Translations under genes and position numbers: made by a program | Origin: Mytilus californianus | Lineage: Eukaryota | Direction: 5' to 3' | DNA: 64,000 nt | Assembly (NCBI RefSeq): GCF_021869535.1 | Contig: NW_026262668.1 | Location: 18,104,001 to 18,168,000 of the forward strand | Notes under the pieces: model-generated | What the model saw: the letters and a program-made list of their open reading frames with translations, nothing else | Told to the model about the DNA's origin: nothing | Databases searched by the model: none | Part shown: piece by piece, positions 1 through 11,089 of the stretch | Layout of the letters: each line of letters opens with the position of its first letter | Position numbering within the stretch: the first letter of the stretch is position 1

Positions 1-176
1 GTTTGCCTCAACCAAATGTTATGAAACTTATATACACAATACTTATTACTACAAAACTCAGATCAGTAACAAATTTGTGTCACTTTTACCGTTCTTCAGT
101 TATGTCCCTTTATAACTTTATATGATATGCAAGCGGGGGCATCATCTGTGTCCCATGGACACATTCCCCATTTATT
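1..176 (+). mobile_element. Helentron-type non-autonomous element (family A), 3' part; 5' end lies outside the window
   Basis: Same core and 3' end (GCGGGGGCATCA sub-TIR, TGTGTCC-CAT-GGACACA hairpin, CCCCATTTATT) as the copies at 35812, 37661, 39053 and 49325. Confidence 0.75.
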
Positions 177-222
177 TCCTTTTGTTATGGTATCTGTTAT
201 ATGTCTGTTTTTCTGCAACCTT

Positions 223-404
223 CTGTGGATTCATTTATTTTCGCGGATTGAGGGAAAATTTAATTTTTGTTAATATTTAATTTCGCGGTTTTGCAGAAGT
301 CACTATAGAAAATTTGTACTTTGCTGAACATTTAAATTCGTGATTCACCTGTACCCACGAAATCAACGAAAATTGGTATCCCACGAATAACAACGATACC
401 ACAG
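223..404. mobile_element. MITE with CTGTGG...CCACAG termini, TA on the right flank
   Basis: Inverted termini and internal TTTTCGCGG/CCACGAA sub-repeats; related to the MITE at 32359-32565. Confidence 0.55.
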
Positions 405-1076
405 TATATGATCTCTGTTAACCCCATTTGTATCGTCTTCTCTCTTTCAGACAACAGATTGAATAAACAGTAAACTTTTTACGCTTAAATTATTTTCGAA
501 AAATAAAACATTGCATCGTCGTTTTTATCTTGGAATGCTTGTTGAAATTCGCATCTCGATGTATATAAGCCAGTACATTTGCAAGATGAGTTATTAGGTC
601 ACTTTGACATACTTAAATTCATGCATACTACGCTATCGTAAAGAACTGACATCTACAACATACATTAGTAGTTTCAAATATAGAAAAAAGTGAGTGCCAC
701 AAGGCAAAAATAAAAAAAAAGATATTGAAAAAGATAACTGAAAATGTTTAGGTGCCACAAACATATTTTGCTTCAACATAAAGGGAGGTAACTACTATCA
801 ATCCGACAGGCAGGTGTCCGGAAGACGAATATTTGTGGTTAATATACAACAAAATCATTCATCAAGGTACACATTAAGACGAGAAAAATTCGCTTCGCGG
901 TGTCCGATTTGGAGGAGTTATCTCCTCTTATGGAGAAGAATGGATAAATAAATGATCATCAGTGCATAATAATATATCGGATATGTATAAACATTATTGT
1001 AAACAATGACATTGATTTAAACAAAACTTAATGGAAGTTAAGTCAGAGAAACCAAGGATTTAGGGGGAGGGTTGAG

Positions 1077-1379
1077 ATCTCAAAACACATGTTTAACCCC
1101 GCTGCATTTTTGAGCCTGTCCCAAGTCAGGAACCTCTGGCCTTTGTTAGTCTTGTATCATTTTTAATTTTAGTTTCTTGTGTATAATTTGGAGTTTAGTA
1201 TGACGTCCATTATCACTGAACTAGTATACATATTTGTTTAGGGGCCAGCTGAAGGACGCCTCCGGGTGCGGGAGTTTCTCGCTGCATTGAAGACCCATTG
1301 GTGGCCTTCGGCTGTTGTCTGCTCTATGGTCGGGTTGTTGTCTCTTTGACACATTCCCCATTTCCATTCTCAATTTTAT
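1077..1379 (-). repeat. Dispersed ~300-bp repeat, inverted near-identical partner of 13470-13773
   Basis: Its reverse complement matches 13470-13773 along the whole length with few substitutions. Confidence 0.85.
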
Positions 1380-3676
1380 TTGTATAGTAACTATAAAAAT
1401 CCTTGGAGAAACTAAACAAACAATAGCTAGCATATTAGCGCAAGCTTGATATTGTCCGTCATTTCTAATAAAAGACATTTTTTTTAATTATCAATCTTGA
1501 ACAAAAGGTATCTTAATAAGAAAAGTAAATATTTTCTAGCTAGATGAGTGTGTCATATGTTTATAGATACAGATTTTGCAAGGTATGCTGGTGATCATAC
1601 AGCCATAATACATATTTGTACATGATTTCAAGACTCAAGACACATTTAAACGTGTAAGATGAGGTCAAGTCTATAATACAATATGTATAAGCATCACGAC
1701 AGAAGAACAAGAAAACAAATGATTTAAGTCAATACATAAAGCTGTAAAAATCAAACTGGAAATTAAAATGATGATAATAGTTACATTACATATATGGATC
1801 AATATGACACAAATCAAAGGAATATAATAACCTATCTTATATGATTAATATTTTGCAGAGTTTAGTATTACAAATATATAAAAAAAAACATTTTTGGAAA
1901 TATTGATGGTTGTTGAACGTCCAGTGACAAATATTTCATGAATATTCAGGACGAGAGCAAATAAAGCCATAGACCTTATTTACGGGTATTGCAAAGTAGC
2001 TTGACGAAGACGGAGCAGTTAAATGCCATTTGAAAAGGAAGGCATTTCAATAGGGTAAGAAATTTAGCATTGCGATAGACCAACTACGGACAATGCAATC
2101 AGTTGTTGCAAGTAAGATCTCTTGAAATGTAGATATCGGACACGAGGCATCGGAATCAACGAAACTATGAGTTTTAAAAAAGTCTTAACAGTTTAATCAT
2201 TTTGAGGGTTCCTGTTTTAGTGTATGAGTTTAAAATTTTGATCACCAGTAAATTGCTTCTGTCGTGCTCGTTCGAAAGTAAAGTGGGTAGTTACCATGGA
2301 TTTAGACAATTATTTTTATTGGGTAAAAATCGATCCGGTATTTTAACGCCGATTCTTTTATTAAAGAACAAGTAAAGAAGTAAAGTGATTAAATTTGAAA
2401 TACGCCAAAGTACAGAATGTATAGGAAGTCAGTGACGTTCAACGCGAAGACCGACAAACATATATTTAAAAACAAAGATTATCCGAGGAAAGATTATAAT
2501 TTACGTTGAATACCAGAAGAAATGTTCCAAACCAGACTGAAAACTGCAACATGTATTGATTTTGATACTGTATTTACGGATCATTATGTTTTAAAAAACA
2601 ATACACAATAAGAATATTAATAGCAATGAATAATACCAACACATCATAGTAGTAATAATATAAAACTAAACTAAAAACCCTAGACAGAAAACCTTGTTAA
2701 AAATGTCATTATATATAAGTAAATAACACAATATATATATATATAAATAAGTCTAAATTGAAAACAACGTTCAAACCTATATATATATTACATTTATGAA
2801 AAATACGGTTAAAAACGTTAGCATCAACAGCCTCACATATTCATTCCTGCTATCGATTATGGTTTCTGCAGCTGTATTCTATAAGCGCATGCGTACCTAA
2901 ATATTTAGAATTGTAATAGCATTATAAAGAAACATGGTATGTGTAGAGTAAAAGACAAAAGAGGAAAAACAAGCAAATGTGAGTATTTAATATTTTTTTA
3001 TTCGGTAAAGAAGAATCATATTTCAATATTGCAGTGTCAAGCCTCCATGAATTTGGGAGTCATATGTATACCATACGTCTACACTAGCATACGCAGTAAG
3101 ATATTGATACTACAAGTTCCAACCAAAACAAATTCGATTTGGGATAGAGCCAAGAAAATCTTGAAGTTAACTTATAAATGAGATACGAGTTGCGTTGTCA
3201 GGTCATTTTGTAGAGGTCCTGCAACATTGTTCTAATGTAATTATACATCGTTCAGAATCCTACGTTACACAGAATATAGTATGTTACAGAATAGTATAAC
3301 CGTTTATTTTGTTGCATAGGAAGAATTTAAACTGAACGAATGCATATAACTGTGTCTGATTTGTCCATTTTTTTGAATGATTTGTAAAGTTATTCATATT
3401 CATAGTCAAACTGTGTACCCCACGTTTCTCGTTAACATTGATGAATTAGGGTTTTAATTTCTGCTAATTCTATTTCGAAGATTAATTTGTTATAATTGAT
3501 ATACAAGCATTGTTTGCAGACATTCGGTGTTTGTTCAATAGCACTAAAGTTTGTATGTGCTACAAATCTAATTCAGCCATCTGTAATGCCAGAGACATTA
3601 TACTTTTTGCCCTTTTTGGTTTCTGGCTCTTCATCTTTTTAATAAGCTTTGGATTTTCAAATATTTTGGCCTCGAT

Positions 3677-3718
3677 CATCACTGAAGAGACATTGATTGT
3701 TGAAATGCGCATCTGGTG
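3677..3718 (+). ncRNA. Minimal type-I hammerhead ribozyme
   Basis: CATCA CTGAAGA GAC-ATTGATT-GTT GAAA TGCGCA TC|TGGTG: conserved core, palindromic stem III loop, 5-bp stem I; the stem II closing pair is G-U. Confidence 0.8.
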
Positions 3719-4011
3719 CAGAACAATTGGTACCGTTTATGTTATTACTACCGCTGGGTCGATGTCTCTGCTGGTGGACTGTTAGTCCCGAGGGCATCAC
3801 CAGCCCAGTAGCCAGTACTTTGGTACTGGCATGAAATTATTAGAATTTGCTGTTACAAAATTTTGGAAATTATTTAAAATTAAGGAATGTATCTCCCTCA
3901 TGCAAAGCTCTGATTCCTTGTCCGGCTTTGGCTATACTTTTTTGTCCTTTTTGGTTTCTGGCTCTTCATCTTTTTAATAAGCTTTGGATTTTCAAATATT
4001 TTGGCCTCGAG

Positions 4012-4053
4012 AATTACTGAAGAGACATTGATTGTCGAAATGCACATCTGGTG
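4012..4053 (+). ncRNA. Minimal type-I hammerhead ribozyme (second copy)
   Basis: AATTA CTGAAGA GAC-ATTGATT-GTC GAAA TGCACA TC|TGGTG: intact core, weaker stem I, stem III palindrome broken (G to A). Confidence 0.7.
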
Positions 4054-5532
4054 CAGACAAATTGGTACCGTTTATGTTATTATAACAAGGTTTCCAGTTT
4101 ACATTAGACGGATCAAATATACGTTAACACCACCACTGAAGTTAAATCACATTTTATGATTTAGAAATAAAGCTTTTAGCTTTTCCTGCTTTCCACTCGA
4201 TATATACATATACATGTTAGCAGTTAGATTTTAGTCTTTTTCCTGTAACCACCGAATTTATTAACATGTTTACAGCTAAATTTCAATGTTTTTATCATAA
4301 GTTCATAAGGTCAATAAAAAATATCACCTTGTCAAAAAACTAATTTCGCGTTTACATGAATTCCCCTTAAGCGACATATCTAAGACATGAAACATTTTAT
4401 TATAAGGTAGTTTTCATTTAGTAACGTGGACTAGCGGTTTTGAAAAGGTAGGCTAAAAAAAATTTTTTAGGTAAAAAACAAGAAAATAGATACAAAGGAC
4501 ACAAAGAAACTTTGACGTGACTGATAGGTTATTGATCAAAGACAGACAACTCTGGTGTAATACCAAAAAGTAGCTAGTATGAGGTTTCCCGCAAAGGAGG
4601 GAGAACGGGGGTGAGGTGGGGGGGGGGGGGGTGTAAGGAAATAAATATACAGATCTGGTAAGACCTGAAACAAATATTGTCAATGACGGGATGTAAATTA
4701 AGATTGTGCCCTATAAAATGCATAAATAATTGCGTACAAAAGTGAAAATAAATTTTCGCGTGGCTGTGCCAAGCGAAATAAAACTTCCGGCTTAGCGAAA
4801 GACAAAAAATCCTCCCGGTCCTCCAACCATCAGGGTACAGGTCCCTGGCTTGGGACAAGAATATGACGGGAGCAAGCATGTTTGTGAGTGCTCAACCCTA
4901 CCTTAACCTTGGACAATGGTATAAAAGCACATGTCAAGATTAGAACTGTAAAATTGTTGAAAAGGGCCTGACGCATGATATCAATACAAATTATATGTGA
5001 GAAAAAAAACAAACTATAACAAAATTTCAAAAGACACAAAATACCGTTTTAACAGCACTTTTTACATTTTGGCCATTTTCCAAACCAGAAACTTGTTATC
5101 AAGTGGCTGCTATTGTCATATTTTAAATCTGACCGAGTGTTGTTTCTTTACATTGTTCATATGTATATATGTTTATCTATCAAGAGGCATTTTTATTTGC
5201 AGTGCGCTATGAATCGTTGAATTATTCTATTTAAACAACAAGAAAAACTTAAGGTAGTTTTCTTCTGTGTAACTGTCTCATCTGAAACCACTTATATTTC
5301 CTTAAAATAAATGTTTTTCATTCAAACTGATACCAAATTAGCATTGTCCTTATGTGAATTACAGTGTATGTTAAAAAGCAGTTCTTTCAACTTGCATTGT
5401 TAAGAAAACAAAATATTCGGTATCACGCATTTATTTTCCTACCACTACATCGAGGGTACCATATATATATACAGAGTAGTCATTTATATTTAAATTATAC
5501 ACTAGAATTGTCAATTTCAGTTCATTAATTAT

Positions 5533-5820
5533 GTAAATAAACTCATCATTGATATAAACAGGGTTAAAAGTTATTACGACAGACGCGAAGGGTTCGTCTA
5601 CAAGACTCATCAGCGACGCTCGTAAATAAACTCATCATAGGTAACAGGGTTAAAAGTTAGTACGTCAGACGCGACGGTTTCGTCTAAATAAGACTCAACA
5701 GTGACGCTCGTAAATAAACTCATCATAGATAACAGGGTTGAAAGTTAGTACGCCAGACGCGCGTTTCGTCTACAAGACTCATCAGTGACGCTCGAATAAA
5801 AAAGTTAGAAAGGCCAAATA
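5533..5820 (-). repeat. Three tandem 88-89-bp units, each carrying a hammerhead ribozyme motif (second HHR family)
   Basis: Units start at 5533, 5622 and 5710; the flank matches the repeat at 59300-59485. Confidence 0.85.
5751..5790 (-). ncRNA. Intact minimal type-I hammerhead ribozyme
   Basis: Minus strand reads CGTCA CTGATGA GTC-TTGTA-GAC GAAA CGCGCG TC|TGGCG: perfect core, palindromic stem III, 5-bp stem I. Confidence 0.88.
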
Positions 5821-5939
5821 TGCAAGGCTTATACGATTTTGGTACTCCTTCAAGCAAGTCTTTCTAAACTTTTTGTGCAGAGCTCACATAATTATAATTA
5901 TTACACAAACAAGTCATGCGTACTGAAATCGTTAACATA

Positions 5940-6264
5940 CACAGGCGAGTTGTGCTGACGTGAATTTCAGATAAATCTCACGTGTTTTACGTGAAACTCA
6001 CGTGAATTTCTCGTGAACTTTACACACAAAAATAGTATCCTTCATGATTTTAATTAAATTTGAAATATTTGATGTTATTTGAATAACTTTATTTTGAAAA
6101 TTCACATGAAGTTCACGTGAAAAAAATTTCATGTGATTTTCACGTATAAGCTCGTTTGAGGTGAAATTCACGTGCATTGAAATGTTCACCTTATACGTGA
6201 ATTTCAAGTGAAAATCACACGATTTTTTTTCACGTGAAATTCCCGTGAGTGAAATTTCGCTGTG
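5940..6264. mobile_element. MITE with CACAG(G)CGA...TCGCTGTG termini and TA flanks, rich in CACGTG
   Basis: TA|CACAGGCGA at 5938-5948 and TCGCTGTG|TA at 6257-6266; CACGTG at 5979, 5999, 6114, 6169 and 6231. Confidence 0.65.
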
Positions 6265-6389
6265 TACTTTTAGAATACCTCATTACATTACTTGCCAAAA
6301 TATTACAATTGTTTACTGACAACAGTTTTTAACCAAATACCATTGTTTTACTACTTGTACTACTTCAAATTTCTGTTATCTATTTTCAG

Positions 6390-7427
6390 ATGCTATCAAT
6401 GGAGGAGATTAACTTTGTTATTAACTATACTGAAAGCGATGACTTATCCATCGATGCCACCCCCGAAATAGGAGACAAAGACACACTGTTGATTATAATG
6501 GACTGTTTAGTAAATGTATTTGTTCTACTGCTAAATATTTCTCTTGCAGTATTAATACTCTGTCACTCAAAGATACGACAACAATTATTCTATTGGCGGG
6601 TTTTAAATTTATGTTTGTCTGACCTTGTCGTTGGAGTATTAGTGCTGCCGTTCGGAATAAGTTACACGCACAATTATGCTTGGCTACATGGTCATGTACT
6701 TTGTCAAACGTATGTTATCCTCGATGTAACACATTTTGGTTTTTCTTCTTTAGTCATTACAACGATGTGCGCGGACAGATTCTTGTCTAAACTTTTGGAA
6801 CTGTATCCGGATAAGCTACAGATTATAAAATATTTGCAACTGTTTCTGTTCATCATGCCGTGGCTTTTCACATTATGTGTTTTCTTGCCGTTACTTTTAT
6901 CTAGCATAAAGACGATGGGTGTTGTGTTTCGCCATACTTGTGGCTTTATATTACATGATGATATGCTAGTTCCGACAGCCGTTGTTGCATACTTGATACC
7001 AAATTTACTCTTAATCTTGACAACTGTTATCATGTTGATTGTTTACAAAGTAAAACGCCCTGTTTGGTATAGAATGGACGAAACGGAGACTCCTGGGAGT
7101 CACATCACTCCACATCTCAGATCATCAACCATTGCTACGTTAATTGTTAGTTGTATTACTATGTTGTTTTGGTTCCCTTATTTGGTCAATATGTTTATAA
7201 TGGTAACCTGTAGATCACACAGGTGCTTTCCAGGATTAGAGGTATTCAAAGCAACATTGATACTGTGCACGTTGACATCATTATTTACACCTTGCCTCTG
7301 GTTAAGTGACGAGGAGATTAGAACCGCTGCGAAACAGTCTGTTCGGAGGATACGGGCGTTTTGTTTGAAACCATTGGTTGTGCGAGAACAACAGTACAAT
7401 GAACATATAAACGAAGAAGATTTATAA
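6390..7427 (+). CDS. Class A (rhodopsin-like) GPCR, aminergic-like orphan, single coding exon, 345 aa
   Basis: Seven hydrophobic segments; TM2 LCLSD, C3.25 plus ECL2 Cys, D3.32, DRF motif, TM4 W, TM5 P, TM6 FWFP; N-glycosylation site NYT. The ATG directly follows a TTTTCAG acceptor, implying an unlocated 5' UTR exon. Confidence 0.93.
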   Translation: MLSMEEINFVINYTESDDLSIDATPEIGDKDTLLIIMDCLVNVFVLLLNISLAVLILCHSKIRQQLFYWRVLNLCLSDLVVGVLVLPFGISYTHNYAWLHGHVLCQTYVILDVTHFGFSSLVITTMCADRFLSKLLELYPDKLQIIKYLQLFLFIMPWLFTLCVFLPLLLSSIKTMGVVFRHTCGFILHDDMLVPTAVVAYLIPNLLLILTTVIMLIVYKVKRPVWYRMDETETPGSHITPHLRSSTIATLIVSCITMLFWFPYLVNMFIMVTCRSHRCFPGLEVFKATLILCTLTSLFTPCLWLSDEEIRTAAKQSVRRIRAFCLKPLVVREQQYNEHINEEDL

Positions 7428-7789
7428 TTGTCCGATGTATTTGTGCTCTGACAGTATATATATCTTCAATTAAGCTTTAAAAGTCAATATGTCTATACAT
7501 AAGAAAGCTGGTTTTTTTTCGACTATTAACTGATTATGTTTCAACTATTTAATGTAAGCAAGTGCTTAAATAAAATGTGAATTGTTGCCAATTATTCTAT
7601 GATTTAATATCAGAAAAATAAATCATTCCGATTTATAGTTCAGTAGTAGAGTTTAAGAATGTCGTAATTATCAGAAAAATGTATTAATTTAAAATCCAAA
7701 CAATATGATTGTTACTAAATAGCAACAAAATATGACATCTACATAAACAATACAACCATGTGACATTGCCGAAAATTAAAAAAAAATCT

Positions 7790-9020
7790 AATCTAAGGGG
7801 TAACATCTCCATCTGACAATAATATCGAAGGGAGCAACGCTCTCACACAAAGATATCTAAGATAGCAACTCCGTCAGAAAAAGATATCTAAAGGTAGAAA
7901 CTCTATATTATATCTAATGTAGCAACTTTATCAGACAAAGATATCTAGGTAGAAAATCTATTAGACAAAAATTTTTAACGTAGCAACTCTAGCAGACAAA
8001 GTTTCATTGCCGAAATAAAAAAAAATCGAATGGTTACAATTATATCTAAGGTGGTAACATCTCCATCTGACAATACTTTCTAAGGTAGCAACGCTATCAG
8101 ACAAAGATAGCAACTTCATCAGTGTAGCAACTCAATAGCACAAAGATATCTATGGTAGCTTCTACATCAGACAAATTTTCTAAGGAGCAACTTCATCAGA
8201 CAAAGACGTCTAAGGTAACAACTCAATCGGACAAAACATCTATGGTAGCTACTTCACCAACCAACGTTTCTAATCGGGCAACTTCATCTGACAAAGATAT
8301 CGAAGGTAGCATCTCCGTCGAACAAAGATATCGCAGGTAACAACTTCATCAGAAAAAATATATCTAAGTTGGTAAAAAATCCATCAGACAAAGCTATCTT
8401 AGGTAGCAACTCCATCGAACAAAGATATCTAAGGTAACAACTCCATCAGACAAAGATATCTAAGGTAGCAAATCCATCAGACAATGTTATCTAAGGCGGT
8501 AGCAACTCCGTCAGACAAAGTTATCTAAGGTAGCAAATCATACTAACAAATATATCGAAGGAAAAAACTCCATCAGACAAAGATATCTAAGGTAGCAACT
8601 CCATCAGACAAAAAAGTCTAAGGTGGCAACTACATCAGACAAAAAAAACTAAGATGACAACTCCAACAGACAAAAATGTCTAAGGTGGTAGCAACTCATT
8701 CAAACAAAGATATCTGAGATAGCAACTCCATCTGATAAAGATATCTTAGGTAGTCGCAACTTCATAAGACAAATATATCTCGGGTAGCAACTCCATCAGA
8801 CAAAAATATTTACGGTAGCAACTCAGACAAAGATATCTAAGGTGACAACTTCATCAAACAATGTTATCTTTCTAAGGCGGTAGCAACTCCACCAGACAGA
8901 GATTTCTAAGGTAGCAACTCATACTTACAAATACATCCAAGGAAACAACTCCATCAGACAAATATATTTAAGTAGGAACTTCATCAGAAAAAGATATCTA
9001 AGGTGGTAGAAACTTCATAA
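7790..9020. repeat. Degenerate 31-bp minisatellite (AAGATATCTAAGGTAGCAACTCCATCAGACA)n
   Basis: 31-bp period confirmed (CTAAGGT at 8587 and 8618); several dozen diverged copies. Confidence 0.9.
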
Positions 9021-10386
9021 GATTAACACGACCGTGGACGGTTTTAGTTTGAATGTTCTCGATATACATGTAGGTCTTTCAAGACACTGATTTCCCAAAC
9101 GTTTTACTTATTTTGTTTTACTGGCCTTTGATCTGCAGCGTATCTCGGAAACATGAGTCTTACATAAAAAATTCTGTATCATTTATATATATATATATAA
9201 TCATAAACATTACATTCCGTCGTTGGTGGACAGTTTTAACTGGAACATAACAAAATTCTTTCACTCAGAAACAATATATGTCCTAAATATGCATACAATA
9301 TATGCCACTGGACTTTCAACAAACAATAATCGATCAATCAACCAGATATCGTGTTAAACTTATTACATTTCAATTTCATATATCGTGAACGTTGGTCAAA
9401 CAAATATACGTTGGAATGGTAACTAACTACAATAACACATGCATACAAAAATGAATAAAACATCAGATTTTTGTGTTTCTACTGCTCTCCCACATTGTTA
9501 CAGGATTAAATTTACTGCCCATTGCCATGGAAATTAGTTGAAATATTTCAGCGGGGTTCATCAGAACTTAAGATCATCATGCTTAAACTTTTATGGCTTC
9601 CACTATACTTATCTTCATCATAAACATTGGGAAATTAAGATGTATAAGGCGCCTGCCATTCATCTATGGGGGAGGGGATTGACTTTCTAGATAAATTGTC
9701 GATACTAATTTTTTTCGGAAAAAAATATTGTTTCAGAAGGAAAATGAAAAAAAAAACACATTAGTTTGTTTCCATGAAAGAGGAGGGAAACGGTTTCAAC
9801 GTCGAGTTGGAAAAAAAATATTCTTAAAATTCTAGTTCTAGTATGTTTTTGAAAAAAAATGTTTGCCTTTGATTAAAGTCGAAAAATGTGTTTGTCCTGA
9901 GAAAAAACCTTTGCCCCCCAGAAAAGATCGATGGCCGGTGCATAAATACACATGGAGCTGAAAAGCCAAAAGGAATCTGCTTTGCAGAGCTTATCAATGA
10001 ATTCAATTTTTAATTGTTCCAGTCTTTAATATTCAAGAAAATATTTACCATTGAACGTAAAGACAAACAACAAACAAAACACTTTATACAAAAAAAAGGA
10101 GAGAAGATACTACTAGAGGGGTCAAACACCGTAGATCGTAAAAAAACAGTTAGTACCACGACAAAAATGAAATGTCGAATATACCAAAACGCTGTCACAA
10201 AACATTCCATCCTCATTCTCTGTTCTATATAAATATAGTTGTCTCATTTCAGATACCAAGTATTCTGATTTTTACACAATAACTAAAGAGTGAACAACAC
10301 GAACCAAACCAAATATCTCGGGTAAAACGGAAGGGTCGACAGTTCATGCTCCACTATAGTGACACCCACCGTGTTATATTCCTGTA

Positions 10387-10648
10387 AACATATGAGCTGC
10401 GTCGGATAAAAATCGACCTTATGCAAGTACATATATACGTGTACATGTATACGACTTTGATTAATTATGGAACATTCAAATACGAAATAAAAGATAAATG
10501 TCAGTCTGTTTTGTAGGGTTCTTATAACAACTCACTTTTCAAACAGTAACAGATTTTCCGTAGAGATTTTTCATCCCGAGATAGGTTAACAGATATATTG
10601 ATATTAATGTGCATAAGGTCGATTTCTATCCGACGCAGCTCATATGTT
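10387..10648. mobile_element. MITE with ~39-bp terminal inverted repeats
   Basis: AACATATGAGCTGCGTCGGATAAAAATCGACCTTATGCA ... TGCATAAGGTCGATTTCTATCCGACGCAGCTCATATGTT. Confidence 0.75.
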
Positions 10649-10849
10649 GATGTCATGAGTCAATATGGCAGTCATGGTTGCAGGAGGGCCAGAATAACGC
10701 GAATGCTAGGTATACTTCATTCGTCATTGTTCTGTAAATGACAATAGTAATATTGTTTTAAACAACTTTTTTATCTATGTGGCGGCTCTTTTGTCTGACT
10801 TTTAACAATAAAATTTACATATCGAATATAGCGAAAAAGGCAAACTTCA

Positions 10850-11075
10850 TGATTAATTTCTTTAGAAGAAACTTAAGTCGCTGCCAACAGGAATGCAAGA
10901 AAACAGCATTATTTTGCTAGTAATCCGTTATAAACTATGGAGTATGGCGCAATAGTATGGGACAAATACCGGTATCACAAACTAAAAGGGATGCAACGAC
11001 AAGCAAGATGATGAATCAAGAGTGGATAGATGTATCTCAAACATGCTTACAAACTGGAACTTCGAGAACACAAGT
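10850..11075 (+). pseudogene. Highly decayed LINE RT C-terminal fragment
   Basis: Residual translation resembling (T)MEYGAIVWD...KLxxxQRQA, with indels. Confidence 0.45.
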
Positions 11076-11089
11076 CGGGTGAACGAATA

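Larger units (their letters stand above)
3599..4083 (+). mobile_element. Non-LTR retrozyme-like element: ~1.45 tandem units, ~335-nt monomer, one hammerhead ribozyme in each ~150-bp direct repeat
   Basis: Direct repeat 3599-3750 / 3933-4083; each copy contains CTGAAGA-stemII-GAAA-TGC(G/A)CA-TC; predicted cleavage sites after 3713 and 4048. Confidence 0.8.

Noticed and set aside
8152-8340. Ser/Thr-rich ORF
   Set aside because: Chance open frame in the 31-bp minisatellite.
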